Source: Macrostomum lignano (lineage: Eukaryota). From it: a stretch of 64,000 nt of DNA. The translations under genes and the position numbers were made by a program. The notes under the pieces are model-generated. The model ran no database searches, was not told the DNA's origin, and saw only the letters and a list, made by a program, of their open reading frames with translations. Of this stretch, positions 61,601 to 64,000 are shown one piece after another (the first letter of the stretch is position 1; each line of letters opens with the position of its first letter). Location of the stretch: contig NIVC01000012.1 in assembly GCA_002269645.1 (NCBI GenBank), positions 1,178,001-1,242,000 of the forward strand. Direction: 5' to 3'.

Positions 61601-64000
61601 TTGCTACTTGTCAAGGAACGAGCTACTTACGGCAAAGAAGTCGGGCAATTGTCTCTCGCTTGTAGATGACACAAGTTCCGCGAACATTCCTGTAGAGCGC
61701 CTTGATCTGGTACTTGTATGCAGAGTGTTTGCGACACTTGGTCCAGAAGGGCGGAGGCTGCTTGCAGCGACGATCTGGCGGACGCGTTTTGCACCGCTTT
61801 CGCGATCGCAGAACTCGTCTGACGCACTTCACTGTGCACTTGCCCTTGTGAACGCACGCGCGACGAACGGTGTAGCTGATGATGGACTTCACAGAGAACT
61901 TGCGACCCTTTTTGCAAGGCCTTATGATGGTCTGAGTCTTTGGGCACTTGACCGGACACGGATAGCGCTTGGTGGTCTTGCGCCTCTTGCAGACGCCTTT
62001 TACTTGGATGTACTTGATTGTGACGACAACGCGATAGCGACGACTGCCGCCGCACTTGGTCACGTGGTCTTTGTCGCCCTTGCACTTGATTTTCTTGCAC
62101 GGAACGGCCGAGCGCTTCACCTTCTTGATGCAGTGCTGCGTGCAACGAGGCGGCAGAGACATCGTGCACTTCACACGCGACGTGTAGAAGATGTGCGTCG
62201 TGACGCTCTTCGCCCTGCCAGGCTTGCACTCTTTGCGGATGATCTTGGCTTTCGGACAAGTTCTCGGAGCTGCAATCAAGGCGAAAGCGAATAATCACTT
62301 AGCATAGTTACGAATAATCTACATAGTTTACGGATTCGGCTTCTCTTAACATGCGCCAATGGCGTTGCAAGTCACGCCTGGGGCACAAAGGTGCAAAAGG
62401 TATTAATATACTCGTTTTTCACGAGTGCATTTACTTACGGCACCGGATCTTCTTGATGACCTTCCGGCTCTTGGGAACGCATTTCTTTCCGTTCCACCGG
62501 TAGGTGACTCGAGTAAACACGCGATAGGCCCTGTGCTTCTTGCAGTGACGGATGAGAGTCCTGCTCGAGCAGTCCTTCCTGCAAATCTTCTTTGCAGAAA
62601 TCTTGCGCTTCTTCACGCAGATTATCTTGCACACCCGTTTTCCTCCTGACTTTGATTTTGATTTTCCCATGTCTGAAGTTGTAAATTGTAAATTACAAGT
62701 TATTAAGCATCAGACCAGCATCTAGCATGTGTCCGTTCTCCTACCTGTGCACACTTCCCGAACGACGCTGCTGACGATGGAATCAAGCTTGTTAAAGTTT
62801 CCGGCTCGCCAGAATCTTCCTTTGCTTGAGATGCCCTTTAGTTCAGCCCTGCAGCAGTAGATTTCGAAAGCAAGCATGCTTCGCTTATAATGTCTTATTT
62901 GAATCAGGTAACCTATGTTCTGTAATACAGTTTAAGAAATGTATTCTTACGGATTAATCTTGTCGGTCACGCTTGGGTCGGGGTTGTAGATTCCGACAGA
63001 GACAAAGCGGGCGCCCTTCTTCTTCAAGACTTTAGCCGAGGCGACGGGGTCACCCATCGTGCTCTTCCGTCAGTGATGACCACGACAATGAACGGGACTC
63101 CAGCTCGTCTCTTCGGGTAGATGTCACTGTTGACAAGGTCGATAGCCGCATAAGTCATTGTGATTCCCTCGTCTCGTGGAAGCTTCGACATGGCGGCCAG
63201 AACCTGCGACTTGGTTTTGTACTTGTCCAAGTTGAACACGAGTTTCGGTCTGGTCGAATAAGTGACAACAGCAACGCGAACGCCAGTCGGAGATACGCCC
63301 ATCCTGCGAACGATGTGCTGAACAAAGCGAGATTCTTTGGCAAAATCGGCGTCGTGAATGCTGGTCGAAGAGTCCAGAACGAACACGAGGTCGGCAACCT
63401 TGCTGCAGGTGCGACTTGGCGGAACAACCAGACCGGTGCAAACCTTCTTCTTCTTGTAGTAATACGTAGTGGTGTAGGAGTACTTGTGCCCAGCCGAGCA
63501 TCGCGTGTGCACCTTTCGTGGCTTCCTGCAGCGATGTGGCGGCTTCGGACACAACACGCGAGAGTGGATCAGCTTGCGGATGCAGTGCAGTGTGCAGATA
63601 CGGCCGCTGCACCTCTTCTTAACGGTGGAAGTCGCGATCGTGAGAGTCCGGTACTTCCTGCCCTTGCCGCACGAAGTTCGCTTGATGGTCTTCGACCCCT
63701 TCGGGCAAACCACTGGGCATGGATAGTGCTTGACGGTCCTGTGCTTCCTGCATTTCTTTCCGACTCGTGTATTCCAGGTAGTGATGACGGATCGGTAGCG
63801 CCTCTTACCTCCGCACTTGGTAAGCTTGACCTTCTTGGCCTCGTCGCACACGATGTGAAAGCACGGGACACCAGACTTGGTCACTCGCTTTGTGCACACC
63901 TGTCGGCATACGATCGGCTTCTTCTTGCTGCACACAATCTTACCAGAGTAGAAAATCGTAGTGGTGACCTTGTGCTTGGCTCCCTTCGTGCAGTTGCTGG
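58653..64000 (-). CDS. 3' portion (~1500 codons) of a large Lys/Arg/Cys-rich modular protein containing a von Willebrand factor A domain
   Basis: Exons: >64000-62951 (with an apparent 1-bp frameshift near 63063), 62848-62745, 62672-62439, 62269-61631, 61525-60926, 60826-60167, 60082-59453, 59363-59070, 58972-58653 (TAA); splice phases are consistent. vWA motifs DLVFVLDSSTSI, GVRVAVVTYS, GITMT, VVVITDG. The rest is ~200-aa Cys-patterned K/R-rich repeats and a KKVIKH tail. Confidence 0.88.

Noticed and set aside
59772-62649. Plus-strand ORFs overlapping the basic protein gene
   Set aside because: Antisense shadows of a biased-codon coding strand, with no independent motifs or splice structure.
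58653-64000. Identifying the basic vWA protein as Mlig-ap1 itself
   Set aside because: As I recall, the K/R regions of Mlig-ap1 are low-complexity, whereas these modules are Cys-patterned. Only compositional similarity can be claimed without a database search.

Overview
Eukaryotic (invertebrate-type) genomic DNA, rich in repeats and transposons. There are no prokaryotic operons, rRNA, tRNA genes or CRISPR arrays. The Ala/Ser/Gln-rich coding style, short introns and dense minisatellites resemble the flatworm Macrostomum, but the species cannot be proven from the sequence. Host genes: the first exon of an unidentified minus-strand gene (2785-3600), an intronless secreted-protein gene (8031-8975), a 9-exon TTLL4-like tubulin glutamylase (12956-22649, minus), an SV2-like MFS transporter (34754-37343, plus), and the 3' ~1500 codons of a very basic Lys/Arg/Cys-rich modular protein with a vWA domain (58653 to beyond 64000, minus). 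Mobile elements: a Penelope-like retroelement with a minimal hammerhead ribozyme, a decayed mariner, several MITEs, a tRNA-derived SINE, an intact Ingi-like LINE and an internally deleted P-like element. The last two sit inside a 14-unit, 642-bp tandem array whose unit looks like a symmetric exon plus an intron. Most notable: (i) a ~4.9-kb domain almost devoid of CpG and enriched in CTAG, where inferred Trp codons of a mariner transposase read TAG, suggesting RIP-like or non-CpG C-to-T hypermutation in an animal; (ii) the exon-cassette array encoding 85-aa repeats with an RKRR/S site; (iii) a LINE starting with an HDV-like ribozyme fold followed by a ubiquitin-like LRLRGG motif; (iv) the cationic Cys-rich vWA protein, a candidate adhesive or extracellular structural protein. 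All coordinates and counts were read by eye.
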